This document shows positions 13,701 to 24,928 of a DNA stretch of 47,250 nt, piece after piece. The notes below the pieces were generated by a model. The model was not told the DNA's origin. It was given only the letters and a program-made list of their open reading frames with translations, and did not search any database. The stretch is from assembly GCA_024181965.1 (NCBI GenBank), contig BQXS01013841.1, positions 1-47,250 of the forward strand, read 5' to 3'. The position numbers were made by a program, and so were the translations under genes. Each line of letters opens with the position of its first letter. Position 1 is the stretch's first letter. This stretch comes from Aduncisulcus paluster. Taxonomy: Eukaryota.

Positions 13701-15758
13701 AAGCTTTAGTCAATGAGAGCTCCATATTAAACTCTTTGGATAGCATCTCAAGTGTGGAAATGTGGGTTTCAGCACGAATTAGAGCCTTTTTCAGACGTTT
13801 CACTGTTCTTGGGTCTGACGATTGTATCTTTGTGTTTATAGTATTTGAATACGTGGATAAAACTTGTTCAAGTCTTGAATCAAGAGTTGCAATGACATCA
13901 ACCGACTGTTCACGTGATAAAGAAGACGGTATAGTGACAGATCCAGCGATAGAAATGGATCCTTCTTGTCCTGCATCAGAGCTACATCCTTCAGAGTCCT
14001 CACTGTCGGCAGGGCTTCCACCACTGGAGCCTTGGCGATGCAGGAAAGACCCTGAGCCTGAATGAGTCATGTGTGAGGAATAAGATGATGCTCCAGAAGA
14101 ACGGATTCTAGAGCTAGTCTCACCTTCACTTCCGGATGAGTTTTTATGGTCATGCATTGTCGACATTCGTTGTTGCATTATGGCTTTCATGTCCAACTTA
14201 CCAGATGTGCTTCCATCCTTATTAACAACCATCCCACCTTCTTCCATACTTCTACCATACTCCTCCAATAAAGATACGGCAGCATCACGTTGTTCACAGG
14301 CCTCATCCCTTTCTTTCTCAGCTTTGTTCACTTTTATCTGCATCCGATTGATCTCCTCATCAATCTTATCCAATCTGGCCTGCAATTTCATTGATAACGC
14401 TTTGTAATCAACCTCAATGTTTCTCCGAACTTTCTGCACAACTCGCATGGCTCTATCACCAAACTGGAGTGAATTCACAGTCTCCGGCGCATTGTACATG
14501 GCAGGAGACACGGTAACTATGAGAGATGTCTTTGCATTTCCACCAAGGGCATCCTGAAGAAGCCTGGTAAGCTTTGAATCCCGATAAGGTACGTGCTTAA
14601 TCCTGGGGTCGGAAAGGGCATGGATCACATTTCCTAGAGCAGTCAGCGATAAGTTGATGGCAGTTCCTTCTTTGGCTCTCATTCCAACAGCACCAGTCTT
14701 ACTCACACGCTCACTACCAGCTAAATCGACAAGAACAAGCTTTCCGGTAACACACTCTTTTCCAAATGAAATTTTTCTATTCTCTTCTCCTTCTTCCTCT
14801 TCCTCTTCTTCCTCTCCTCCAGCTCCATCTCCTATATCTTCTTCTTCTCCTTTTCCTTCAGCGGCTTCATCGAGTTCCTTGTCTGATATCTTGGGCCTAC
14901 GCTCAATTCTAACAATCAAACAGGCATGGGAACGACTACTAGTAGCATTCATGGCAGTGTTGGCAGTGCTTCTGTTCTGATTTCCTTCCTCAAGTTTCTC
15001 AAGACAGTCTTCCCAACATTCAATGGGGTATTTGGTGACTCCATTGATATAAACACCTTGTCCACCAGCTTCCCTAATCTGCAATTTATCGCCAGCGGGA
15101 TTAAGAAGATCCTGAATCATTTCCATATAAATTTGAACATAAGATATTGTTACTTTGAATTCATGAGTGGCGCTATGTTTCCGAATAACTGAAAATACGT
15201 GGTCCATACTTTGTGGAATAACACCACGAAAATCTTTGTCGTAATTTGAAAGAGTAAAGGTCTTTCCAGTTCCCGTTTGTCCATATGCCATGACTGTTCC
15301 ATTATACCCGTCTAAAACATCATTAACGACAGGTAACGCAGCCGTTCTAAACGTATCTTCTTGGGATTTCTTATCATCAAGGATATGATCAAAATAAAAG
15401 GTCTTTCTATCACCTTGAAAACGGGAAACAATAATTCGTTTTTCTTGCTCATTCATGTCAACTGCACAAGTATAATCAGGATCAGCCAATTCTGTCTTAC
15501 TTGGAGGTCTCATTCGAATCGTAACTCTGACTCTATCTATAATAATAAAGATAATGAAGAAATTAAAAAATTAGGGAATATAATGTTAAAAATAAATAAA
15601 ATTTAACAGAAATAAGAGCAAATTAAATCAAACATACTTCCTAGAGAAGGAGAAAAAATTAGAGAGTGTGAAAAAATGTTAAAGCTATAAAAAACTTATT
15701 AAACCGAATAAATAATCTAAAATAATAACATACCGTCGGCTTTTGATTTTTGTGACAT
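10723..15758 (-). CDS. N-type kinesin with ARK/kinesin-19-like motor and neck, long coiled coil and a C-terminal IQ-like motif; exons 15758-15734, 15640-15638 (candidate micro-exon), 15536-10723
   Basis: P-loop GQTGTGKT, switch I SSRSH, switch II DLAGSE, and HVPYRDSKLTRLLQDALGG. Splicing restores the canonical first strand (MSQKSKADGN-RVRVTIRMRP), which lies upstream of the ORF-track start. Confidence 0.93.
13022..13081 (-). repeat. (GAAGAG)n hexamer microsatellite, about 10 units, encoding poly-Glu in the kinesin
   Basis: Perfect tcttcc repeats on the + strand. Confidence 0.95.
15537..15637 (-). other. Spliceosomal intron 2 of the kinesin (101 nt)
   Basis: GTATGTTT donor, CCCTAAT branch-like motif, pyrimidine-rich tract and TTATAG acceptor directly before AT AGA GTC AGA GTT (RVRV). 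Confidence 0.7.
15641..15733 (-). other. Spliceosomal intron 1 of the kinesin (93 nt)
   Basis: GTATGTTA donor after ATG TCA CAA AAA TCA AAA GCC GAC G, then CTCTAAT branch-like motif and TTTTTTCTCCTTCTCTAG acceptor. Confidence 0.7.
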
Positions 15759-16117
15759 GTTGATTCGTTTCAAGAACGAAAGTTTTTTTCTATTTCATTG
15801 ATCCAAGCTCAAAATAATTCATGATTACTGAATTAGCGATTTACGATCCTTTTTAAATAAATTTAATTCACTATTTGCTGCGGTTAATTCCTCCATTTGG
15901 ATGAAAATAGAAAATCCATTTCTTGCTTGAAATACGAAGAGCATCAATATTATAGATCTATATTATGATGGCCATTTTAACCAGGATTTTAATAAATTGA
16001 GCTAGGATACTCGATAGCTAGGCTATCCTATTTCAAATCATACAAGTGAATTTGCCAACATCCACTCGATCAAAGATCAAGAAAAATATAATATACGCTA
16101 TATTATATTTATATATT

Positions 16118-17107
16118 ATGTCTCATAAATCTGAAAGCCGATCTTACGCACTTAGAGCTACAAACCTTCCTAGTGAAGGATATTCAGCTATTCCAAAACG
16201 AAAACATATTAAATCTTCTATGAAAGAAGGCGAATTTTCAATATCTCAAACTCATAGTTCATTTTATGATTTACGTCGTCCAACTGATAAAGAAAAGAAG
16301 TTCATGCGTACAAAAGAAGGAAACTTTCATGATATTTCTTCGTCAACTCAATCTTATCAACATATTCCTCATAAAACTGGGATAACTCCCACCAGTACAG
16401 CGTCTAGAGCTCTCGACCGTTCGGCATATTCATCAGGGTCCGTGGAAGCCATTTATTCGACTTCTACAATAGAAATCATGTTAAAAAGAATAGATGATCT
16501 CGAGAAAGAGGTAAAAGCATTGAAACGAATCAACAAGGAACAGATGCACAAATTAGAAGGAAGAATGGGTAAATTTGAATCCTGGTTACAGGAGAACACT
16601 GCCGATGCCAAAAGTGCCCTTGCTAAAGCAAAGAATCTTGAAAGCACAACGTTTAGAGGCGGAGATTTCAGGGAACACAGTTTTTTAGGTCGTGTCTCTG
16701 GTGTTGCGGGAAGTGTTTTCATTAATGTTATTGGCTCTATCGGAAATCTGATAAAATTCCCATTTTTGCTTTTTAAATTTATTGTTTTGTGGATTTGGAT
16801 GTGGATTGTCCTTTTTGTGAGATGGATCTCTGGCTCAAAGCTTAAGGAAGAAGATATCAACGATAGTGTTTCTCAACAGAGAGAAATGATGCGTTTGCAG
16901 ATGGGTCTTGCTGATGGAGAAGAAGAGGATGATAAGAAGAGACGAGAAGTACAAAGGCGACCGAAAGTTGTGATTGAGGTCATGAAGCTTTGGGATGACT
17001 TAAAAACCATGGGCCGACACTTTATAATATTTGTCCTTGCTGTTTTTGGAGTTATCGTGTTCATATGGTTCGTAAAACGGATCAATATATTCAAATTTAA
17101 CCTTTAA
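16118..17107 (+). CDS. Hypothetical membrane protein with a coiled coil and two hydrophobic segments (~329 aa)
   Basis: First ATG at 16118 (MSHKSES). Heptad segment MLKRIDDLEKEVKALK. Hydrophobic stretches FPFLLFKFIVLWIWMWIVLFV and FIIFVLAVFGVIVFIWFV. Confidence 0.75.
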   Translation: MSHKSESRSYALRATNLPSEGYSAIPKRKHIKSSMKEGEFSISQTHSSFYDLRRPTDKEKKFMRTKEGNFHDISSSTQSYQHIPHKTGITPTSTASRALDRSAYSSGSVEAIYSTSTIEIMLKRIDDLEKEVKALKRINKEQMHKLEGRMGKFESWLQENTADAKSALAKAKNLESTTFRGGDFREHSFLGRVSGVAGSVFINVIGSIGNLIKFPFLLFKFIVLWIWMWIVLFVRWISGSKLKEEDINDSVSQQREMMRLQMGLADGEEEDDKKRREVQRRPKVVIEVMKLWDDLKTMGRHFIIFVLAVFGVIVFIWFVKRINIFKFNL

Positions 17108-17310
17108 TTCACTGTTTTACTGAATTATGGTCATAATTGGAGATAATCTCGAAGTCTTTGAGTCTAAGAGGTTAATTTCAATTTAATTTCATCTTTATTA
17201 AAGTTCAAAAGGCACCATCCAATAAAATTTATTGAATAAATGGAGCCATTTTTTTCATAATGAAACTTGCTCTAATTCTGAGAATTCTCCTTCTCCTTTT
17301 CACTTTATAT

Positions 17311-18576
17311 TTATCCAATTTCTTCTCCACAATCCATAGACAAAGTATTCCCGAGTTTTCTCGTCAATTCTTCGATATCTTTATCCAATTGTCTCAACTC
17401 AGTCTGTGTGGAAGGTGAAAATTCATCAATGTGAAAAGATTCTACAACATGCTTGTGATCTTTGGATTCTAAACTTCTCTTTTTATCTCCTGATCTTACC
17501 TTTTTCTTTGTTTTCTTACTACTAATTGATGACACAATAGACGATTTTGGATTATTTTTCCTTGTATGTGCAGTCGATTTACGATCTCTGACGACTTGCT
17601 CTTCCTCTTCCTCCGTTTGATTGGCTCCTTTTTTCTCCTTTCGACTCAACGAATCCCCGATAATCTTATTTGAATCAATGAAATCAGTGAAATACTGATC
17701 TTGAGTGAGGATGGAGTGAGAGTATGATGGGGTGGAAATGGGACTAGCAAAGATGGGATCTATTGAAGGGGTTGAGATATCATCCTCAATCGGGCGAATT
17801 GGCTGTGAAATTGTCTGTTGTATTGGTGGTTGACAAGCTTGAGAATATTCAGATGCTTTCGATGCAATTATGGTTTTTTGAAGTTCTTTAATAATATTTA
17901 TATATTTCATTTTCTCTTTATCTCTTATTTCATTTGCTTTTTCAAGTTTTGATTGTAATTTTTCACACTCTTCTTCAGCTTTTTCTCTTGCACTTTCGCT
18001 TTTTGATAATCTACTATATAACACCGTCATTTCTTTTTTTTGTTCCTCACAAACTGATGCAATACGCTTATAATCCCGAATAACTGACTTATCTTCCGGG
18101 TTTTGCTCCTTTTCATCGTGTTTAGACTTTGGCACTATCCATTTTTCAGTTTCTTCAAGAAGAGACGTCGGATCATGGATATCTGCCCTCAATGACGTGA
18201 TAAGAGATAATAAATGATCAGCTTGTGGGGATGAAATGGAGAGAGACGCCGCATGGGATTGGATTGAGCGAAGACGACCGGCAATAATTATCTTTTGTTT
18301 CCTATGCTGTTTTTTAAGATTAGATAACATTAAAAGATGTTTCTTTATCGATTTTTTTGACGATTTTAATTGTCGTTCGTAGTCCTGTTTTTCAGAAACC
18401 GCACAAAGCTTACTAGCGAGAGCACTGGCCGCCTTCGCAGTTTCTGCGGCTTTTGATATTTCTAATTTTTCTATTTTTGTCTGTTGGGCAGAACATACTG
18501 CATCTAATTTTAGGACACGTCGCCGTAATGTCACAAGCTCTCGAATATTGGTAGAAGATATATATGGGGATTTCAT
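17311..18576 (-). CDS. Hypothetical coiled-coil protein (421 aa)
   Basis: Long ORF with several K/E-rich heptad segments and a C-terminal LRQLDKDIEELTRKL coil. Confidence 0.75.
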   Translation of the reverse strand: MKSPYISSTNIRELVTLRRRVLKLDAVCSAQQTKIEKLEISKAAETAKAASALASKLCAVSEKQDYERQLKSSKKSIKKHLLMLSNLKKQHRKQKIIIAGRLRSIQSHAASLSISSPQADHLLSLITSLRADIHDPTSLLEETEKWIVPKSKHDEKEQNPEDKSVIRDYKRIASVCEEQKKEMTVLYSRLSKSESAREKAEEECEKLQSKLEKANEIRDKEKMKYINIIKELQKTIIASKASEYSQACQPPIQQTISQPIRPIEDDISTPSIDPIFASPISTPSYSHSILTQDQYFTDFIDSNKIIGDSLSRKEKKGANQTEEEEEQVVRDRKSTAHTRKNNPKSSIVSSISSKKTKKKVRSGDKKRSLESKDHKHVVESFHIDEFSPSTQTELRQLDKDIEELTRKLGNTLSMDCGEEIG

Positions 18577-18958
18577 GCACGAATTCTAAAGTGGGCAATG
18601 AATATATTTTACAAATAGGTTATATATAAAGTAAAAAAACTAAAATATCAATCAAAATCTCGAAATTTACAAATGTGTAAAATTTGTTTGAGATTTTCTG
18701 TTCCTTTGTTTATTATCTTTGACTAATATTCCATGAAATCAATCATTTTATTATCTATTTTTGTATTGTAATAACTAATCATCTTCTAGAACAAGAGGAA
18801 TTGAAACTCTGGAGTTTTAATAAAATCAGAGAAGTTATTTTTGATAATAATAAAAAGCATTTAATTTATTTTAATTTGAGGAATCATTGTTTTCAAACCT
18901 CCTCTATTTTTGAAAAAAAAATAAAATCGATGTTTGGGACGAGTTCTTTTCGTCAACA

Positions 18959-20719
18959 ATGCCGAAAGTATATGCTTCATGTTTTAAATCTTCAACACGA
19001 TTTTCTCCATACTCTATTATATCTTCTATCACTCCATTTGAATCCATAATAGATAAATGTTCTTCTCGGTATTCTCCTTGCCAATGGTTACCAGACTATT
19101 ATTCATATGATACAAAAGGTCAATTATCTGGAGAAGGGACATATGGAAAAGTGCTGGAAGCTGAAAGAAAAGTTGATAAGGAGCAAATTGCTTTGAAGTT
19201 ATTCAAGAAAACTAAAGCTGAACATATTAAACGAGAAGGAATTCCACGTTCTATTCTTCGTGATATTAGTCTTCTTAAGATGCTTAATCATCGGAATATC
19301 GTTCGTATGTTTGATGTTGCAATTGCCCCTTTCGAAAAAGAGAAAGAACCTCTAGTTTCTCCTGGATTTAGTAGTGGTACAGAAGGATATGTGAGGCGTC
19401 CAACATCGGCGGCCACCCCAATTGAGATTAATAGGCCCGTCAATATATGTTTAGTCACCGAGTACTGTCAACACTCACTCGCTGGGCTTAATACATGTGG
19501 ATTCTTAACCCTTGACAATTCATCTAGGCCTGTACCGGTCTTTGTGATCAAATGTATCCTCAAACAAGTCATATCCGGGCTTAGATTCATGCATAATAAC
19601 CATATTTCCCATCGAGACATCAAACCCCACAATATCCTTGTAACAAAACATGGAGTTGTGAAGATTGGTGATTTTGGAATATCAAGACACATCCCGCCGT
19701 CACAGCTCAAACAACCTCAATATAGGTTCCATAGAATTGATATTTGTTTTGGGAATATCCAAGTTTTGTGTGGAGAAGATGGACATTTCCGTGGAGTCCA
19801 CGCTCAGCCTTCTGATAAACGCATTCAAAAAATGATAACTGATTATTGTGGCGCTTCTATATCGTCAACTAAAAAGCCAGGATCTGTTACTGATAAACCT
19901 TCTCACCCAGCTACAGGAACATCTCATACTACTGACGCTGATGCCTCCAAGATACGATCATTCTTAGACATTAAAGGTGTTTTGACCAATCGCATATGTG
20001 GATTATGGTATAGACCGATTGAGTGTTTCCTTGAAGACACCAATTATGACCTCAAGAATGATATTTGGTCGGTTGGAATCATGCTTCTTGAACTTCTCAT
20101 CCAGTCGCATGAATCTTTCTTTCCTGGATATATCTCGAGTGATGAAGCAATGGTGGCTTTCATTTTTATGCTTCGAGGGTGTCCAGATAAGGTTACTTGG
20201 GCCAAGGGAGTTGATTTGTTAAGTAATTTCATTAAAAAACATCCCAAGTTTAAATTCCCTGATCAATTTATTCCTCGTCAAAGCACATCTTTCTCCTCTT
20301 CCTCTTCCTCCTCTTCCTCCTCGTGGGATGCCAACAAAGTCCTGAGGAATTATGTTGAATCGAGAACAACCTTCGAGCTTGATGATCTCTGTTTTGACCT
20401 TCTCTGTTCAATGCTAGAGTTAAACCCTGAGAAAAGACCCTCGTGCGATGAGATTCTGGCCCATCCATGGATGTCTGATGCCACCGACAATCCTTCGGCC
20501 ATCATGAGTATTTTGCCCACTTTTGGGGGATGTCATTCATCGAAAGCTGAGCGAATAACTGAAGCGGCACACAGAACCCACAGAACAAAGGCTTTGAGCT
20601 ATATTTCTTCGTCTCTGAAACGAAGAAAAGAAGAGGGAAAGTTGGAAAGACCTCCTATTCCTCCTGGATTTAAGGAATGGATGAAGGAAAATTATCCATC
20701 TGAAAAGAGGAAGAAATAA
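18959..20719 (+). CDS. CMGC-group, CDK-like Ser/Thr protein kinase, divergent
   Basis: Gly loop GEGTYGKV, IALK, PSTAIRE-equivalent EGIPRSILRDISLL, HRDIKPHN, DFG, LWYRPIE, DIWSVG and NPEKRPS. Confidence 0.9.
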   Translation: MPKVYASCFKSSTRFSPYSIISSITPFESIIDKCSSRYSPCQWLPDYYSYDTKGQLSGEGTYGKVLEAERKVDKEQIALKLFKKTKAEHIKREGIPRSILRDISLLKMLNHRNIVRMFDVAIAPFEKEKEPLVSPGFSSGTEGYVRRPTSAATPIEINRPVNICLVTEYCQHSLAGLNTCGFLTLDNSSRPVPVFVIKCILKQVISGLRFMHNNHISHRDIKPHNILVTKHGVVKIGDFGISRHIPPSQLKQPQYRFHRIDICFGNIQVLCGEDGHFRGVHAQPSDKRIQKMITDYCGASISSTKKPGSVTDKPSHPATGTSHTTDADASKIRSFLDIKGVLTNRICGLWYRPIECFLEDTNYDLKNDIWSVGIMLLELLIQSHESFFPGYISSDEAMVAFIFMLRGCPDKVTWAKGVDLLSNFIKKHPKFKFPDQFIPRQSTSFSSSSSSSSSSWDANKVLRNYVESRTTFELDDLCFDLLCSMLELNPEKRPSCDEILAHPWMSDATDNPSAIMSILPTFGGCHSSKAERITEAAHRTHRTKALSYISSSLKRRKEEGKLERPPIPPGFKEWMKENYPSEKRKK

Positions 20720-20945
20720 GAATCACGATAAGAAGTGAGATTTTCTTGAATATAAAAATAAAACTCATGTCTTTTAAGATGGAACCTTTTGTGTGTTGAT
20801 CGGTGATAGAATAGCATTTTTTTGAATCTTATTTTTATTAATTTGGATTTAAATTTATCATTATTTTAATCATTACGACAGGATTAGATCTACAAGATCA
20901 CTCCAGTGATCTTGACTGGTTATATCGAAGGTTTGCTATAAAACA

Positions 20946-23900
20946 ATGAACATAGAATCACTAATTAATTACATAACTTGTGTTAAAACCATTCGTATGT
21001 TGCTTTTATCTTTATGTTGTCTGTATCATATTTAATTTTCAAAAAAGTTTTTTGAATTTTTCACGATTGTTATTTTATTATTATATTTACTATTTTGTGA
21101 TATTAGCTGAGCAATCGTTGCTTATGGATCTAATTTTGAAGTTGGAATTCAATGATGTTGCTGATATCATCCGTTTGGATTTATCTGGATTTATTTTATG
21201 CGATAAGTTCATTGACCACGTTGTTATTCCCCTTCTTCGCATCTTGCCCAATTTAGGATATATTCGATTTGCTAATTATGTCGAACAGCGACAATCCTTA
21301 TCGCTTTATCAACATTCTCATCCTCTGAGCTCTGTTGGTGTCGCTCGTCTTCTTTGTGAGCTGCAAGCATATCAAATATATGCGCTTTCTAATGCAATGA
21401 AGATCGATATGAAAAAAGATGATGTTCCCATTGAAGACAAAGATGAAGAAGACAAGGAAGATGAAGACGAGGAGAAAGAATCGGAAGAACGGGAAGCTGA
21501 AGAATCTTCTTCCATGCAATGTGGTATAACTGACTCAGAAAATCCATCTTTCTCATCTTCCTCATCATCTTCAAACACCATAGATGAGTTTGATCGTAAT
21601 CCTATGAAAACGTATTTGGTTAACAAAGTCTTCACATCGGAGCAAATTGAAAGAGAACTGGCATCTCTTGTCGTTCCCCTTCCTTCCCTCTCCTCTTTCT
21701 CTCCTTTCTCCTCAAAATCTCTTCGTGTTTCCTTCGGCCTTGAGTTCAAACCTCTCCCTCAGCAAAAATTATCTGTAATGATAAACCATTTGGCCATGTT
21801 TCGTCGTGCATCTACTCTCTTGGACCCATCTTATCCACTTCCACAGACAAAGACACTACTCGATGCAGCGGTGCTCACAAATTTCCTATGGTTTCTTGTA
21901 GACACTCACTCTTTACAAGGATCTCTCTCTGGATTTGACATGTTCTTGGAAATTGAAAACATTCCTCCGTTGTTTGTGAAAGAATTTATACTATTCGCCT
22001 CATTTTCTGATAGTTTATTTGCAGATTGCAGATATTCATGTAAATGTCCCCAATGTACGAAACGCAATGAATTATTCCTCGAAGACATTAAATATCTCTC
22101 GAATTTTGGTGTGTTTTCTGCAGATTCTATTGTGGCTAAAATGGAAAATCTCAAGGATGATTACCAAAATGGTATGCTATCCATGGATCTTGAATTAACC
22201 CGCATCGTTCCTCCACACGGGGATTTGATTTCGATAATTATCTCCCAGCTAACGTACAATGACCTTTCTGTGGAAGAAACGGGCTTCCCAATGTGTGAAC
22301 TTTTTGATGCGATGGCCATTATGAAGAAAAGACATGAATTTGGATTGCAGGTTCGAATCAAGAAAAAAACTTCAAAACCATTCGAAAGCAAAGAAGAAAA
22401 AGGAGAAGAAAAAGAAAAAGAAGAAGAAGAACTTCCATACTTCATATCTGACCTTGATCCTTCTCTTGCTGGTTGTGAGTTTCAGCGAGCGCTGGGCACC
22501 TCCTGCATGACTGGTGCTTCTTCTATCTCAAACAACACTCTTGCTTATGTTATGGACATTTCTTTGGATGCTCTAAAGGATATTTGTGCATATTCTCCAT
22601 ATCTTACTGAATTTAGTGAGGATATTGCCAAAATGTGGGAGTTTGTTGTTAATCTTGTCTCGAAGGAGTTCTTCTCACGCTATCAGCCAGATGATGATGA
22701 AAAGAATGCCGGAATTGTCGGAGAGGAGGAATTGGGAAGTATATTTACTTCTTTTGGAAAGGAAGAAGAAGGAGAGGAACATGAATTTGAGATAGAAGAA
22801 GAAGAGGAAGAAGAGGAAGAAGAAGAAGGAAAGGAAAAGGAAGAAGGAAAGGAAAAGGAAGAAGAAAAGGAAGAGGAAGAGGAAGAGGAAGAGGAAGAGG
22901 AAGAGGATGAATATGAATCCTCATATTCTTCTTCAGATGATTCCACCAGTCAATATAAGTATCAAAATGTATCACTACATTCGCGTCCTCTTATCTCACC
23001 CTACGAGACTGTGTCGACCATTATTAAACTCCTTCCCATAGTCGATTCCATTGACCAGTTGAGTATTCCTCTAGAAACCGAAGAGGAGATGATAATTCAA
23101 GGTAGATCCATCCCAGACGCCATCAATTCTCTGGAACCATTGTGCTCTATTTGTGAAAGAGAGTATCATAATAGAAGGCAAGCAATTGCCAAGCTTAAAG
23201 AAATGAAACTCAGAGATGTGCCAAGCGACATTGCTGTTCCATTCTCTTTCACTCCTTTTTCCCATGTGACTCATTTTGAGGCTCTGATGGCATTGTACAG
23301 GATTGAACCATTATTTGAGTGGTACAATGATTTCATTGGTCAACTGATAATGAATTCTTTCCCTCTCAAAATCCCTGCAACCGGATCTCCTGAATATGAT
23401 GAACTCGTTCAACGCACAAACGAGCATCAGTTTGAAACAATTCATGAATTGGAGACGTCGTCTCTTTCCACAATCGAAATGATGCTTCTTCCACCAGTTG
23501 TGTCCAGATGCATTCACCTTGAGGTTCTTGAGTTATCTGTTGAAAATGCATATTCAACAATGTATTTCTTGAACGAACTCCTGCTTGGGAATGCTCTCGT
23601 GAATTTGAAGAGACTGGACATTTCAACATGTACAATAACACATGATCTCGTTCCAGTGTTTGTTTCTTTTCTCAAAAAGGAGGCATTCCTTGATATTGAT
23701 GACCTTGACACTCGTGTCTCTCGCCCTGATAGTTTCAGTGGTCTTGAGGAACTCTCTTTGGAACGATTTGTTCATGGTGACCTTTACAAGCAGGAGATCG
23801 AGGATATTTGCTGTGCATTGGAAGGGTACATTCCCACTTTGAAAGTTCTTTGCACTGAGGATTGTGAATTCGATGCAAAACAAAACCTTCGTTTGCTAAC

Positions 23901-24762
23901 TTGCGGACCAATGGCAACCAAGCTTCAAACAAACCTTGAATTTGATACCGAGGAACAAGTCCTTGAATTTGCATCTCGTCTCCGCAATTGTGTGAATTTG
24001 ACAACAATTATATTTGGAAATTTTGAATCCGATATACGATGCGATGCTCTTATCCCTGCTATATGCTGTCTTCCAAAGGTTGAGGAGATCGAGATGCATA
24101 GTATTTCTGGATCATATACGGATGGCTCTGGCATAACGCATTATTTGGGAGATGCCATCAAAAATATGCCTAACTTGACTTCTCTAGAATTGTCACAAAT
24201 TGACTTCAAAACGGAAGAAAGCGTCGTGAAGTTCGTTGATGGACTTTGCCAAGGTCCCAAACGGTTAAGTACCCTTCGTCTATATCAATCCACATTCCCT
24301 TCTTCCATATGTATTGACCATTTTGCTAAATATCTCTCTTTGCCTCGAACTTGTGAGAATCTGACTGAATTGTCGATTGAATTGGACACAGATAAGGGTA
24401 TTAAGGCAGAGAAACTTCGCTCATCATGTGGAACTCTTGTTAAATTCCCTCAATCTTTTGCAGGGCTCATCAACCTTACATCCTTCAGGATTCGAGGTGT
24501 TCCAGCTTTTGATTTGGCAGGGTTTAAGATATTTACTGATATTGTTTCTTCTCTTGAAGAGCTCACTGATATTGAAGTGTATGATTGTCCATTTATTGGA
24601 AATGAAGGCTTAATGTACATTGCTAAAGCTTATCATGACAAGGCGGAGGACGAATTCTGTGTATATTTGAGGCGAATTGGTTGTACTCGAGACATTTCTT
24701 CCCGTGAAATTAAGAAGATATCAAATGGAAATGTTGAGTATTATAAAGATAAAAGGTTTTAG
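20946..24762 (+). CDS. Leucine-rich repeat (RNI-like) protein with acidic insertions; exon 1 at 20946-20994, intron at 20995-21106
   Basis: C-terminal LxxLxL repeats (LEVLELS, LKRLDIS, LEELSL, LTSLELS, LSTLRL, LTELSI, LTSFRI). Splicing ATG AAC ATA...ATT C|gtatgt...tattag|CT GAG CAA is in frame and replaces the F/Y-rich start of the ORF-track call. Confidence 0.8.
22784..22910 (+). repeat. Coding GA-rich microsatellite (GAAGAG and GGAAAA units) encoding poly-Glu and EEGKEK repeats
   Basis: Directly visible purine-only runs. Confidence 0.9.
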
Positions 24763-24928
24763 ATGCTGTTTTTGTTTGATTCGTTTATTATTTTTACATT
24801 TTTTCTTTGTATGAGATTTTTAAGGTATGTTTTTTTTTCACCCTCAGCCTTACATCTTAATTTATCTGGGATGTTATTTCCATCATTTTTCGACCATCGA
24901 GATGACTTTACAATTTATATTATAGATT

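Noticed and set aside
20980-21106. Hydrophobic N-terminus (signal peptide or TM) of the LRR ORF as given in the track
   Set aside because: This F/Y-rich stretch is the translation of a T-rich intron (20995-21106).
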